64,000 bases of DNA, from positions 1,024,001 through 1,088,000 of the forward strand of contig CP182352.1 in the NCBI GenBank assembly GCA_048571215.1, read 5' to 3'. Below are positions 38,468 to 47,858 of the stretch, one piece after another. The notes below the pieces were generated by a model that was not told the origin of the DNA, made no database searches, and saw nothing but the letters and a program-made list of their open reading frames with translations. The translations under genes and the position numbers were made by a program. This DNA is from Halarcobacter sp. (GTDB lineage Bacteria > Campylobacterota > Campylobacteria > Campylobacterales > Arcobacteraceae). The number at the start of each line of letters is the position of its first letter. Position 1 is the stretch's first letter.

Positions 38468-39199
38468 TTATTTTAAAGTATTAGCTAAAATCTCAGTAAA
38501 TCTAGCCCAAGATTCTTCATCTGCTTTTTTATGGTATCTATTTGAACCTATGACTGAAAAAGCATGGGGTGCTCCACTATAAACTGTCATCTCATATTGT
38601 GCTTTTACATCTTCTAGTTGAGTTACAAGACTTGCAAAGTCTGATATAGGCACTACTTTGTCAGCTCCTCCATGAAATACAAAAACACTACCTTTTAGTT
38701 TTGAATAATCTTGCCCCTTAGGTGTTGCTAAACCACCGTGAAAAGAGATAAATGATTTTAAGTTTGCTCCAGATCTTGCCATCTCCAAGATAGCTGCTCC
38801 ACCAAAACAGTATCCAATTCCAACTGCATTTGATATATTTGCTCCTTGAGATTTAGCAAGCTCTAAACCTGCATCTAAAAGTGATCTCATCTTTTCTCTA
38901 TCTTGATAAAGTTCACTTGTTAATCTTTTTTTATCTTCTAAAGCAGTTGGTCTAATACCTTTCCCATATAAATCAACTGCAAAACTAGCATAACCTAAAT
39001 CATAAAGCATTTTTGCTCTTTTTATCTCATAATCAGTCAAACCATCCCAATCATGTACTATATAAACTAAAGGTGCATCTTTTGATGGAGTACTATAATA
39101 ACCTTCATACTCCTTGCCATCTACTTTATAGCTTATGAAACCTTCTGAGGCAACTAAAAGTGATATTGATACAAACATAAATAAAACTATTTTTTTCAT
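38468..39199 (-). CDS. Dienelactone hydrolase family protein (exported)
   Basis: HDWDG, GYCFGG, HGGAD, HAFS. Confidence 0.92.
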   Translation of the reverse strand: MKKIVLFMFVSISLLVASEGFISYKVDGKEYEGYYSTPSKDAPLVYIVHDWDGLTDYEIKRAKMLYDLGYASFAVDLYGKGIRPTALEDKKRLTSELYQDREKMRSLLDAGLELAKSQGANISNAVGIGYCFGGAAILEMARSGANLKSFISFHGGLATPKGQDYSKLKGSVFVFHGGADKVVPISDFASLVTQLEDVKAQYEMTVYSGAPHAFSVIGSNRYHKKADEESWARFTEILANTLK

Positions 39200-39315
39200 A
39201 TAAAACTCCTTATTTTAAAATCTAAAAAATTATATTATCTTAAATAAATTTGTAACTTAAGAATTATTTTTAATAATACTTCCTATAATTAAGTTAAATC
39301 AAAAAAAGGTCCAAC

Positions 39316-39774
39316 TTGAAAACAATAATAAATCTTAAAAAAGTCAATGATAAGTTATTTACTTCTGGTCAACCAACGCAAGAACAGTTTGAGTTTATAG
39401 CAAATAACAAATTTGAAGTTGTTATAAATCTAGCTATTGTTTCAAGTGTAGGTAAAATAGAAAAAGAAGATGATATTGTCACAAGTTTGGGTATGAATTA
39501 TTTTCATATCCCAGTTGACTTTGAAACCCCAACAGTAAAAAACCTAAATGATTTTTTAGAAATAGTATATAAGTTTCAAGGGAAAAAAATCTGGGTTCAT
39601 TGTATAAAAAACTACAGGGTATCTGCTTTTATGTATGTATATCACAAATATATCTTGCAAACACCCTTTGAAGAGATTGATCTAGATATCTTCAATGAGT
39701 GGCAACCAAGTGAAGCTTGGCAAGATATTATGAAAACCCCAGCAGAGGATTTAAATCTAGATTTTTTAAATTAG
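39316..39774 (+). CDS. Protein-tyrosine-phosphatase-fold protein (CX5R)
   Basis: TSGQP, VINL, HIPV, VHCIKNYRVS. Confidence 0.85.
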   Translation: MKTIINLKKVNDKLFTSGQPTQEQFEFIANNKFEVVINLAIVSSVGKIEKEDDIVTSLGMNYFHIPVDFETPTVKNLNDFLEIVYKFQGKKIWVHCIKNYRVSAFMYVYHKYILQTPFEEIDLDIFNEWQPSEAWQDIMKTPAEDLNLDFLN

Positions 39775-39842
39775 ATGCTTAGAGTTTTTTGGATAATATA
39801 AGCCCTTTAAAAAAATAAATACTTTTTACAAATGGACTGAAA

Positions 39843-40949
39843 TTGAAAATAGAGACAAAAGTTGCAAAATTTAAAGAGCCACTATATTTAGAGAGTGGGA
39901 GAATTTTAGAATCATATGAACTTATATATGAAACTTATGGGCAACTAAACGAAGATAAATCAAATGTTATAGTGATATGTCATGCACTTGCAGGTAGCCA
40001 CCATGTAGCAGGAAGATATGCCGATGAAGCAAAAGCTGGATGGTGGGATAAGTTTATAGGTGATGGAAAAGCAATAGATACTACAAAATATTTTGTAATT
40101 TGTTCAAATAATATAGGTAGTACTTTTGGTTCAACAAACCCTTTGAGTATTGACCCTTCAACAGGGAAAGAGTATAGATTAAAGTTCCCAGTTCTTACCA
40201 TATCTGATATTGTAAGGGCTCAAATGAAGCTTTATAAAAGTTTAGGTATCACAAATGCAAAAGCTGTTATTGGTGGAAGTATGGGTGGTATGCAAGCACT
40301 TTGTTACTCTATTGAGTATCCAGATTTTGCTGAACATATTTTTGCTATGGCTACAACTGCATACACAAGACCTTGGGCTATTGCTATAAATAAACTTGCA
40401 ATAGAATCAATAAGACATGACAAAGCCTTTAAAGATGGTTTTTATAAAAAAGGTGATTTGGAAGCTAGTGGATTACCAGGTCTTGCAATAGGTAGAATGG
40501 CTGGTTTGATAGCTTATCTAAGTCCTCAACTTTTTGATAGAAAATTTGGAAGAGAGTATTCACGAACAGATGGTTTATATGAACTTTTTGGTAGGTTTGA
40601 AGTGGAAAGGTATTTGGAGTATAACGCCTATAGTTTCCCAAAAATATTTGACCCACTTTGTTATTTGTATATTTGTAAAACCATGAATATTTTTGATGCA
40701 GGAAGAAACGAAGACACCCTTGAACACTCTTTTTCAAAGGTTAAAAGTAAACTTCATCTTATCTCTTTTAGTGATGATATGTTGTTTTTCCCAAATGAGA
40801 TGGAAGAGATAAGGGATATTATGATAAAACTAGGAAAACAAGACCAACTAACATATAAGATGGTAGAAAGCCAATCAGGACACGACTCTTTTTTAGTGGA
40901 AGTGGAAAAATTTGATAACTATGTAGTAGATATATTGGAGAATAAATAA
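39843..40949 (+). CDS. metX: Homoserine O-acetyltransferase
   Basis: CHALAGS, GWW, GGSMGGMQ, GHDSFL. Confidence 0.95.
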   Translation: MKIETKVAKFKEPLYLESGRILESYELIYETYGQLNEDKSNVIVICHALAGSHHVAGRYADEAKAGWWDKFIGDGKAIDTTKYFVICSNNIGSTFGSTNPLSIDPSTGKEYRLKFPVLTISDIVRAQMKLYKSLGITNAKAVIGGSMGGMQALCYSIEYPDFAEHIFAMATTAYTRPWAIAINKLAIESIRHDKAFKDGFYKKGDLEASGLPGLAIGRMAGLIAYLSPQLFDRKFGREYSRTDGLYELFGRFEVERYLEYNAYSFPKIFDPLCYLYICKTMNIFDAGRNEDTLEHSFSKVKSKLHLISFSDDMLFFPNEMEEIRDIMIKLGKQDQLTYKMVESQSGHDSFLVEVEKFDNYVVDILENK

Positions 40950-41164
40950 TGAGTGAAGAGATAGAAAAAATAGAAGAGAAACTAACATTTGAGAATAAAA
41001 TAGCAAAAGCAAAAGAGCTTTTAGAAAAACTAACAAACCCAGAAATAACCCTAAGTGACTCACTTGAAGTATATAAAACTGGGATGAAAGAGTTAGAAGA
41101 AGCTCAAAAAGAGTTAGAAGAAGCAAAACTAATATTTACAAAATTAGAAAAAACAAACTCATAA
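40949..41164 (+). CDS. xseB: Exodeoxyribonuclease VII small subunit
   Basis: TFENKI...LEKL...ITLSDSLEVYKTGM...LEEAKL. Confidence 0.88.
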   Translation: MSEEIEKIEEKLTFENKIAKAKELLEKLTNPEITLSDSLEVYKTGMKELEEAQKELEEAKLIFTKLEKTNS

Positions 41165-41242
41165 AAATATTGCAAATTGTTATATTTTTAAATACTTCTT
41201 TTAAAACTTGCTAAACTTCCTTCTATATTTAGGAGGGAGTTT

Positions 41243-41905
41243 ATGAAATCAATAACACAACTACAAACTATAGACAAACCAAGAGAGCGACTTTTAAAAT
41301 ATGGATTATCAGCACTTAAAAACTATGAACTTATAGCAGTTTTACTTGGAAGTGGAGTCCAAGGCAAAGATGTAATAAAACTCTCCCGTGAGATAGAAAA
41401 ATTTTTTAACTCAAACTTTGAAAACATAGATTTACAAACCCTTCTAAAAATACATGGCTTAGGCAAGGCAAAAGCTAGCCAGATAATAAGCGCTATAGAG
41501 CTAAGTCGCAGATACCTATTAGATACACAAAGTTATAAAATAAACTCTTCTAGTGATGTATATGAAGAGCTAAAACCCTATAAAAACAAACGCCAAGAAT
41601 ACTTTCTGACTCTATATTTAGATGGAGCAAATAATCTACTAGAAACCAAAATCATAACAATAGGAACCCTAAATCAAAGCCTAGTTCACCCAAGAGAAGT
41701 ATTCTCACACGCCATAGAAAAAAGATGCGCTAGTATAATAGTAGCCCATAATCACCCAAGTGGAATACTAAAACCAAGTAGTGAAGATATCAATGTAACA
41801 CAAAGACTGAAAGAGTCAGGGAAAATATTAGGCATAGAACTTTTAGATCATGTGATATTTACAAATGAGGGTTTTATTAGTTTACAAGAAGAGGGTGTGT
41901 TATGA
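41243..41905 (+). CDS. radC: RadC (JAB domain) protein
   Basis: KPRERL, GLGKAKA, VHPREVF, AHNHPSG...PS.ED, LLDHVI. Confidence 0.96.
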   Translation: MKSITQLQTIDKPRERLLKYGLSALKNYELIAVLLGSGVQGKDVIKLSREIEKFFNSNFENIDLQTLLKIHGLGKAKASQIISAIELSRRYLLDTQSYKINSSSDVYEELKPYKNKRQEYFLTLYLDGANNLLETKIITIGTLNQSLVHPREVFSHAIEKRCASIIVAHNHPSGILKPSSEDINVTQRLKESGKILGIELLDHVIFTNEGFISLQEEGVL

Positions 41906-42127
41906 ATTTTGAAGATAAAGATAATAGACTAGATAGTTGGAATAATAAGAAAAAACAAATCAATAACAGAATAAATATAAATCATAAGAAAGACGGTAGC
42001 GTTAAGTTTCGGATACAACCTTGGAGTTTATGGTGGTTTGAAGTTGGAGAGAATATAGGCAGTTATTACAAATGAAGATATAAATGCTATACAAGATTTT
42101 ATAAAAAAATATTTAAGTATTTTTTAG
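41902..42127 (+). pseudogene. PemK/MazF-like toxin gene with internal deletion and frameshift
   Basis: 41902-42075 encodes ...LDSWNNKKKQIN...SLWWFEVGENIGS then a premature stop. A shifted frame (42062-42127) gives VITNEDINAIQDFIKKYLSIF*, a MazF-like C-terminal helix. The central RP-containing core is missing. Confidence 0.75.
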
Positions 42128-42131
42128 ACAT

Positions 42132-42157
42132 AAAAAAAGGAACTTCTAAAAGTTCCT
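42132..42157 (-). terminator. Intrinsic terminator of the predicted small RNA
   Basis: AGGAACTT-N4-AAGTTCCT hairpin (42138-42157) followed on the minus strand by a T run (42137-42132). Confidence 0.8.
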
Positions 42158-42250
42158 CATAGTTACCCCTACTAAAAGGGATCGCTCCTTAAACGGAGTA
42201 ATTTATTTACCTCACCTTATAAAAGGTGAGTCGTCCCGAAGGATATTTGT
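42132..42250 (-). ncRNA. Predicted ~120-nt small RNA with two structural repeats, convergent with the PemK-like gene
   Basis: Consensus promoter upstream, four hairpins (one closed by C-UUCG-G on this strand), intrinsic terminator at the 3' end. Confidence 0.75.
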
Positions 42251-42256
42251 AAAAAT

Positions 42257-42285
42257 ATTATATCTAAGAATTTTTGTTTTGTCAA
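42257..42285 (-). promoter_or_regulatory. Perfect sigma70 consensus promoter on the minus strand
   Basis: TTGACA (42285-42280), 17 nt, TATAAT (42262-42257). Confidence 0.85.
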
Positions 42286-42316
42286 TTTTTGTTTGGGTCT
42301 TGAGGATATAAATATA

Positions 42317-42517
42317 TTTACTTTTTGGTGGCAAAAAGTAAAACAAAAAGCCACCAACGGCTGCGAAGCCAAAGGTTCCCTCACTTATTATTTTTGTCTT
42401 TTCTGCTTGGTAAAACTCATTTATTAAAACTTGCATTTAGCAACTTTTAAACACTCAGACAGTTACCAATCTTGTTTAGAAAAGAAAAAAATAAACGTTC
42501 GGCTTCTGTAGATGTTG
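42317..42517. other. Highly structured ~200-nt non-coding element (pseudoknot-type head + long nested stem)
   Basis: Many nested complementary segments, detailed in findings. Whether it acts as RNA or ssDNA is unknown. Confidence 0.7.
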
Positions 42518-42640
42518 AGTTTGGGATATTGAAAGATTTTTTGATTTGGAAGTTCTCTTTTTCAAATTCTAACAAGAAATAAATATAATATTGCTATAAT
42601 ATCTATCTTACAAAATTAAATAATATATAAATGGAAATGA

Positions 42641-44092
42641 ATGTTTGAACAAACTTTTAAAAATATAGATGATATTTTATGGAAAGACTCTGGTGCTGAT
42701 AGTGAGCTTGATTATATAGGGCAAACCTCTTGGATAATGTTTTTAAGGTATCTTGATGAACTTGAAAATGAAAAAGCAGAAATAGCAGAACTTGAAGGCA
42801 AAGAATATACTTATATTTTAGATGAAGAGTTTCGTTGGAACTCTTGGGCTATGCCAAAAGTTGATGGAAAACTTGACCATCATAAAGCTATGACTGGTGT
42901 GGATTTAGTTCAATTTGTCGATGGTAAACTTTTCCCTTACCTTGCAAAGTTTAAACAAACAGCAGAACATGCACAAACTATCGAGTACAAAATCGGTGAG
43001 ATATTTTCTGAGCTTAAAAATAAAATTCAAAGTGGATACAACTTACGAGAGATATTAGAGTATGCAGATGAACTTCCTTTTCGCTCATCAAAAGACAAAC
43101 ACGAACTAAGCCATCTCTACGAAACCAAAATCAAAAACATGGGAAATGCGGGAAGAAATGGAGGGCAATACTATACTCCAAGACCGCTTATTCGTGCGAT
43201 GATAGATGTAATCGACCCTAAAATTGGTGAAAAAGTTTATGATGGTGCTGTGGGAAGTGCAGGGTTTTTATGTGAAGCGTATGACTACATGTACGAGCGA
43301 ATGAATAAAAATGTGGATAATCTAAAAATCTTACAAGAGCGAACCTTTTACGGAAAAGAGAAAAAAAACTTAGCCTATGTCATAGGTATCATGAATATGA
43401 TTTTACATGGTATAGAAGCACCAAATATTAAACACACCAACACTTTGGGTGAACCTATTCGTGATATACAAGAAAAAGACAGATACCATGTAATTTTGGC
43501 AAATCCACCCTTTGGTGGAAAAGAGCGAAAAGAGGTACAACAAAACTTCGATATAAAAACAGGCGAAACTGCCTTTTTATTTTTGCAACACTTTATCAAG
43601 TCACTTAAAGCCGGCGGTCGAGCAGCAATTGTCATCAAAAATACTATTTTAAGTAATAGCGACAATGCTTCTATAGCTTTAAGAAAACATCTTTTAGAGA
43701 GTTGTAATCTTCATACTATCTTAGATATGCCAGCAGGTACTTTTACAGGAGCTGGTGTAAAAACTGTAGTTTTATTTTTCACAAAAGGGGAAGCAACTAA
43801 AAAAATCTGGTACTACTCTTTAAATCCCGGACGAAATATGGGGAAAACAAATCCTTTAAACGATAAGGATATGTTGGATTTTAAAACTTTACAAAAAAGT
43901 AAAAAAGATAGTCTTAACTCTTGGAGTATAAATATTAACGATATAGATGAAACTACTTGTGATTTAAGTGTAAAAAATCCTCATACTCCAGAGGAAGCAC
44001 CTCTTAGAACGCCAAAACAGATTTTAGAAGAGATGGGAACTTTAGATAAAGAAACAAATAATATTTTAGCTTCTATTAAAGAGATGGTATGA
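42641..44092 (+). CDS. hsdM: Type I R-M N6-adenine methyltransferase subunit
   Basis: GQYYTPR, DGAVGSAGFL, LANPPFGG; extended -10 TGCTATAAT at 42592-42600. Confidence 0.96.
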   Translation: MFEQTFKNIDDILWKDSGADSELDYIGQTSWIMFLRYLDELENEKAEIAELEGKEYTYILDEEFRWNSWAMPKVDGKLDHHKAMTGVDLVQFVDGKLFPYLAKFKQTAEHAQTIEYKIGEIFSELKNKIQSGYNLREILEYADELPFRSSKDKHELSHLYETKIKNMGNAGRNGGQYYTPRPLIRAMIDVIDPKIGEKVYDGAVGSAGFLCEAYDYMYERMNKNVDNLKILQERTFYGKEKKNLAYVIGIMNMILHGIEAPNIKHTNTLGEPIRDIQEKDRYHVILANPPFGGKERKEVQQNFDIKTGETAFLFLQHFIKSLKAGGRAAIVIKNTILSNSDNASIALRKHLLESCNLHTILDMPAGTFTGAGVKTVVLFFTKGEATKKIWYYSLNPGRNMGKTNPLNDKDMLDFKTLQKSKKDSLNSWSININDIDETTCDLSVKNPHTPEEAPLRTPKQILEEMGTLDKETNNILASIKEMV

Positions 44093-45267
44093 AACAAGGT
44101 TGGAAAGAAGAAACTTTAGGTGAAATTGGTAAAGTATCTATGTGTAAACGGATTTTAAAAAAACAAACCAATAATATAAGTGGTGTTCCATTTTACAAAA
44201 TTGGAACATTTGGTAAACAACCAAACGCCTTTATATCTGAAGAAATCTATAATGAATTTAAACAAAAATATTCTTTTCCTAAAAAAGGAGATATTCTTTT
44301 ATCTGCTTCAGGAACTATTGGTAGACGAGTAATTTATGACGGAAAACCAGCTTATTTTCAAGATTCAAATATAGTTTGGATTAACAATAATGAAAAAAAA
44401 GTATTAAACGAATATCTATATAAATTTTATGGATTTTGTAATTGGAACCCTTCAAAAGGTGCTACAATTTCTAGACTTTACAATGATGATTTAAAAAGAA
44501 TTAAAATTCCAATTCCTCCAATAGAAGAACAAAAACAAATCGTAGAAATTTTAGATAAAGCTTTTGAATCAATAGAACAAGCAAAAGTAAATATTGGAAA
44601 AAATATACAAAATTCAAAAGAGCTTTTTCAAAGTAGATTAAATGAAATATTTTCAGGGAAAGGTGATGAATGGGAAGAAAAAAAACTAAAAGATGTATGT
44701 ATTAAAATAACAGATGGTACACATCAAACACCAAAATATTTTGATAGTGGATATATTTTCTTATCTTCAAAAAATGTTACAAGTGGAGTTATAAATTGGG
44801 AAAATATAAAATATATTGATGAAGAACAACACCATCAAATGCAAAAAAGAGTTTCTCCTCAATTAGATGATATTTTATTGGCAAAGAATGGTACAACAGG
44901 AGTTGCTGCAATTGTTGATAGAGCAGTAGAATTTGATATTTATGTTAGTCTTGCCTTATTAAGAGCTTCAGAAGAACTAGAAGCTAAATATTTACTACAC
45001 TTTGTTAATTCTCCAACTGCAAAAACTCAATTTAATCAAAGGTTAAAAGGAGTTGGTGTTCCTAATCTTCACTTAGTAGAAATTAGAGAAATTATAATAA
45101 AATATCCAATAGATAAAAATGAACAAAAAAATATAATTGACTATATTGATACTTTGATTGAAAAGAAAAATAGTTTGTTAAAAAACTATCAACTAAAACT
45201 AAACAATCTAGAAGAACTAAAAAAATCAATCTTGCAAAAAGCATTTAGTGGAGAGCTAGTACCATGA
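44089..45267 (+). CDS. hsdS: Type I R-M specificity subunit (two TRDs)
   Basis: PIPPIEEQKQIV...ELFQSRLNEIFS and EQKNII...ELKKSILQKAFSGEL conserved repeats. Confidence 0.95.
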   Translation: MKQGWKEETLGEIGKVSMCKRILKKQTNNISGVPFYKIGTFGKQPNAFISEEIYNEFKQKYSFPKKGDILLSASGTIGRRVIYDGKPAYFQDSNIVWINNNEKKVLNEYLYKFYGFCNWNPSKGATISRLYNDDLKRIKIPIPPIEEQKQIVEILDKAFESIEQAKVNIGKNIQNSKELFQSRLNEIFSGKGDEWEEKKLKDVCIKITDGTHQTPKYFDSGYIFLSSKNVTSGVINWENIKYIDEEQHHQMQKRVSPQLDDILLAKNGTTGVAAIVDRAVEFDIYVSLALLRASEELEAKYLLHFVNSPTAKTQFNQRLKGVGVPNLHLVEIREIIIKYPIDKNEQKNIIDYIDTLIEKKNSLLKNYQLKLNNLEELKKSILQKAFSGELVP

Positions 45268-47672
45268 ATGAATCACAAACTGAACTTGAGTATATTGAAC
45301 CAGCTTTAAAAAAAGCTGGATGGGGAGTTGTTGAAGATAGTAAAATATATAAACAATTTCCAATCTCTCAAGGTCGGTTATTAGGTAATGGTAGAAGAGC
45401 AAAGCCACTTAAAGCTGATTATGTACTTCGCTATAAAAATAGATATATAGGAGTAATAGAAGCTAAAAAAAGAGACCTACACTATAGCGATGGTGTAACT
45501 CAAGCAAAAGATTATGCCCAGCGCTTAAAGATACGATTTACCTACTCAACAAACGGAAAAGGTATCTATCAAATAGATATGGATGAAAGCATTGAGGGTG
45601 ATGTGGCACATTTTCCTACACCTGATGAGTTATGGAATATGACCTTCCCTAAAGAAGATACTTTACAAGATAAGTTTTATGAGATACCACTAAACGATAA
45701 AGGTGGAACTTGGTATCCAAGATATTATCAAAACAATGCCATAAACAAAACTCTTGAAGCAATAGCTCAAGATAAGAAAAAAATCTTACTCACCCTAGCA
45801 ACTGGTACAGGGAAAACAGATATTGCATTTCAAATAGTATGGAAACTATTTCATGCAAAATGGAATATTCAAAAAGACTTTTCTAGGTCTCCTAGAATTC
45901 TATTTTTAGCAGATAGAAATATATTGGCAAACCAAGCTTTCAATAAATTTAACTTTTTTGATGATGAAGAGACTTTAGTTAGAATCGACCCAAGTGAGAT
46001 ACGAAAAAAGAATAAAGTTCCAACAAACGGAAATGTATTTTTTACTATATTTCAAACTTTTATGAGTGGAGAGAGTGACACTCCAAACTTTGGACAGTAC
46101 CCTAGCGATTTTTTCGATTTTATCATCATAGATGAGTGTCATAGAGGCGGAGCAAATGATGAGAGTAAATGGAGAGCTATCTTAGAGTATTTTAGTCCTG
46201 CTTATCAGCTTGGACTTACCGCAACACCAAAAAGAGATGTTAATGGTGATACTTACAATTACTTTGGAGAGCCAGTTTATCAATACTCTTTAAAAGAGGG
46301 GATAAATGATGGTTTTTTAACCCCTTTTAAAGTGAAAAATATCTCAACTACAGGAGATACTTATATCTTTACCAGTGATGATGAAGTTTTAGAAGGTGAA
46401 ATAGAAGAGGGAAAAGAGTACACACTAGATGAGCAAAATAAAATCATAGAGATTATGGGAATAGAGAAGTATAGAGTAAAACTTTTTATGGATATGATGA
46501 ACCAAAGTCAAAAGACTTTGGTCTTTTGTGAAACGCAACCCCATGCCTCTGCTATAAGAAACCTTATCAATCAAAAAGCAAAGAGCAAAAATATAGATTA
46601 TTGTCATAGGGTCACAGCAGATGAGGGAAGTCGTGGAGAGAAGTTTTTACTTGATTTTCAAGATAATGAAAAAACAATTCCAACAGTTCTTACCACATCA
46701 AGAAAACTAAGCACTGGTGTAGATGCTCCTGAGATAAAAAACATCGTGCTTATGCGTAAAGTAAAATCAATGGTTGAGTTTAAACAAATCATTGGTCGAG
46801 GAACACGACTTTTTGATGGGAAAGACTATTTTACTATTTTTGATTTTTATAAAAATCATACACATTTTCATGACCCTGATTGGGATGGTGAACAAATAGA
46901 CCCAGAAGAACCAACTCCAAAACCTCCAAAAGAGCCTTGTAAACTATGTGGTCAGTTACCTTGTACTTGTCCTAAACCTGAACCAGTACCTTGTCCTATA
47001 TGCGATAATTTACCTTGTATTTGTGATAATCCAAGAACAATGATTCGAGTAAAACTTTCAAATGGAAAAGCACGAGAACTTGACTCTATGGTTCAAACAC
47101 TTTTTTATTCACCAGAGGGAAAACCTATCTCTTCATCTGAGTTTGTGAGTAAACTTTTTGATAAAATACCAGAGTTTTTTGGAAATGAAGAAGAACTAAG
47201 AAGAATTTGGAGTTTACCTGATACAAGAAAAAGATTGATTGAAGAGTTGAGCGAAGCGGGTTATAGTGTAGAACAACTTGAAAACTTAAAAGAAGTAATA
47301 CATGGTGAAGATAGTGACCTTTTTGATGTGTTGTCATATATCGCTTATCATAAAGATTTAGTTCCAAGACTTGAAAGAGCAACAAAAGCTAAGATGAAAA
47401 TTAGTGGATATGATGAAGGAAAACAAGAGTTTTTAAACTTTGTATTGAGTCAGTATGTTGAGAATGGTGTAAATGAACTTGATGATGCCAGATTAAAAGA
47501 TTTATTAATTATAAAATATGATGCTTTAGAGGATGCAAAAAAAAGTATAGGTGATATAAAGAGTATCAGAGAAACTTTTATAGGATTTCAAAAGTATTTA
47601 TATGAAGATATAGTAAATAATACTTATGATAATGACTTATTAGTAGCCCAACCAAAACCAGAGTATAATTAA
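45264..47672 (+). CDS. hsdR: Type I R-M restriction subunit (EcoAI/EcoEI-like)
   Basis: ADYVL...IEAK nuclease motif; ATGTGKT, DECHRG, TATP, TGVD, QIIGRGTR; EcoEI-type C-terminus. Confidence 0.95.
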   Translation: MNESQTELEYIEPALKKAGWGVVEDSKIYKQFPISQGRLLGNGRRAKPLKADYVLRYKNRYIGVIEAKKRDLHYSDGVTQAKDYAQRLKIRFTYSTNGKGIYQIDMDESIEGDVAHFPTPDELWNMTFPKEDTLQDKFYEIPLNDKGGTWYPRYYQNNAINKTLEAIAQDKKKILLTLATGTGKTDIAFQIVWKLFHAKWNIQKDFSRSPRILFLADRNILANQAFNKFNFFDDEETLVRIDPSEIRKKNKVPTNGNVFFTIFQTFMSGESDTPNFGQYPSDFFDFIIIDECHRGGANDESKWRAILEYFSPAYQLGLTATPKRDVNGDTYNYFGEPVYQYSLKEGINDGFLTPFKVKNISTTGDTYIFTSDDEVLEGEIEEGKEYTLDEQNKIIEIMGIEKYRVKLFMDMMNQSQKTLVFCETQPHASAIRNLINQKAKSKNIDYCHRVTADEGSRGEKFLLDFQDNEKTIPTVLTTSRKLSTGVDAPEIKNIVLMRKVKSMVEFKQIIGRGTRLFDGKDYFTIFDFYKNHTHFHDPDWDGEQIDPEEPTPKPPKEPCKLCGQLPCTCPKPEPVPCPICDNLPCICDNPRTMIRVKLSNGKARELDSMVQTLFYSPEGKPISSSEFVSKLFDKIPEFFGNEEELRRIWSLPDTRKRLIEELSEAGYSVEQLENLKEVIHGEDSDLFDVLSYIAYHKDLVPRLERATKAKMKISGYDEGKQEFLNFVLSQYVENGVNELDDARLKDLLIIKYDALEDAKKSIGDIKSIRETFIGFQKYLYEDIVNNTYDNDLLVAQPKPEYN

Positions 47673-47705
47673 AAGTTTTGTTATAATGTATTTTAAGGAA
47701 AAAAT

Positions 47706-47858
47706 ATGACAAAAAGAGTATTAGACAAACAAAATATAAAAAAGACAGTAGATACTACACAGCGTATTGAAGGATATTCTGAAGCTTCAAAAAAAGTAAA
47801 AGCTGAAGCTAAAATTGTAAGAGAAAAATATGATATCAAAGTATCACCTAAAAGATAA
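47706..47858 (+). CDS. Putative FicA/VbhA-type antitoxin, 50 aa (not in ORF track)
   Basis: Extended -10 TGTTATAAT (47679-47687) and RBS AAGGA; MTKRVLDKQNIKKTVDTTQRIEGYSEASKK... contains the (S/T)xxxE(G/N) motif TQRIEG. Confidence 0.75.
   Translation: MTKRVLDKQNIKKTVDTTQRIEGYSEASKKVKAEAKIVREKYDIKVSPKR

Noticed and set aside
42163..42250. Possible mini-CRISPR or integron attC site
   Set aside because: The units share structure but not sequence, there is no repeat-spacer alternation, no cas gene or integron integrase, and no RYYYAAC...GTTRRRY ends.
42212..42436. 74-aa minus-strand ORF in the track
   Set aside because: It has no recognisable motifs and runs across the sRNA promoter and the structured element, which explain the sequence better.
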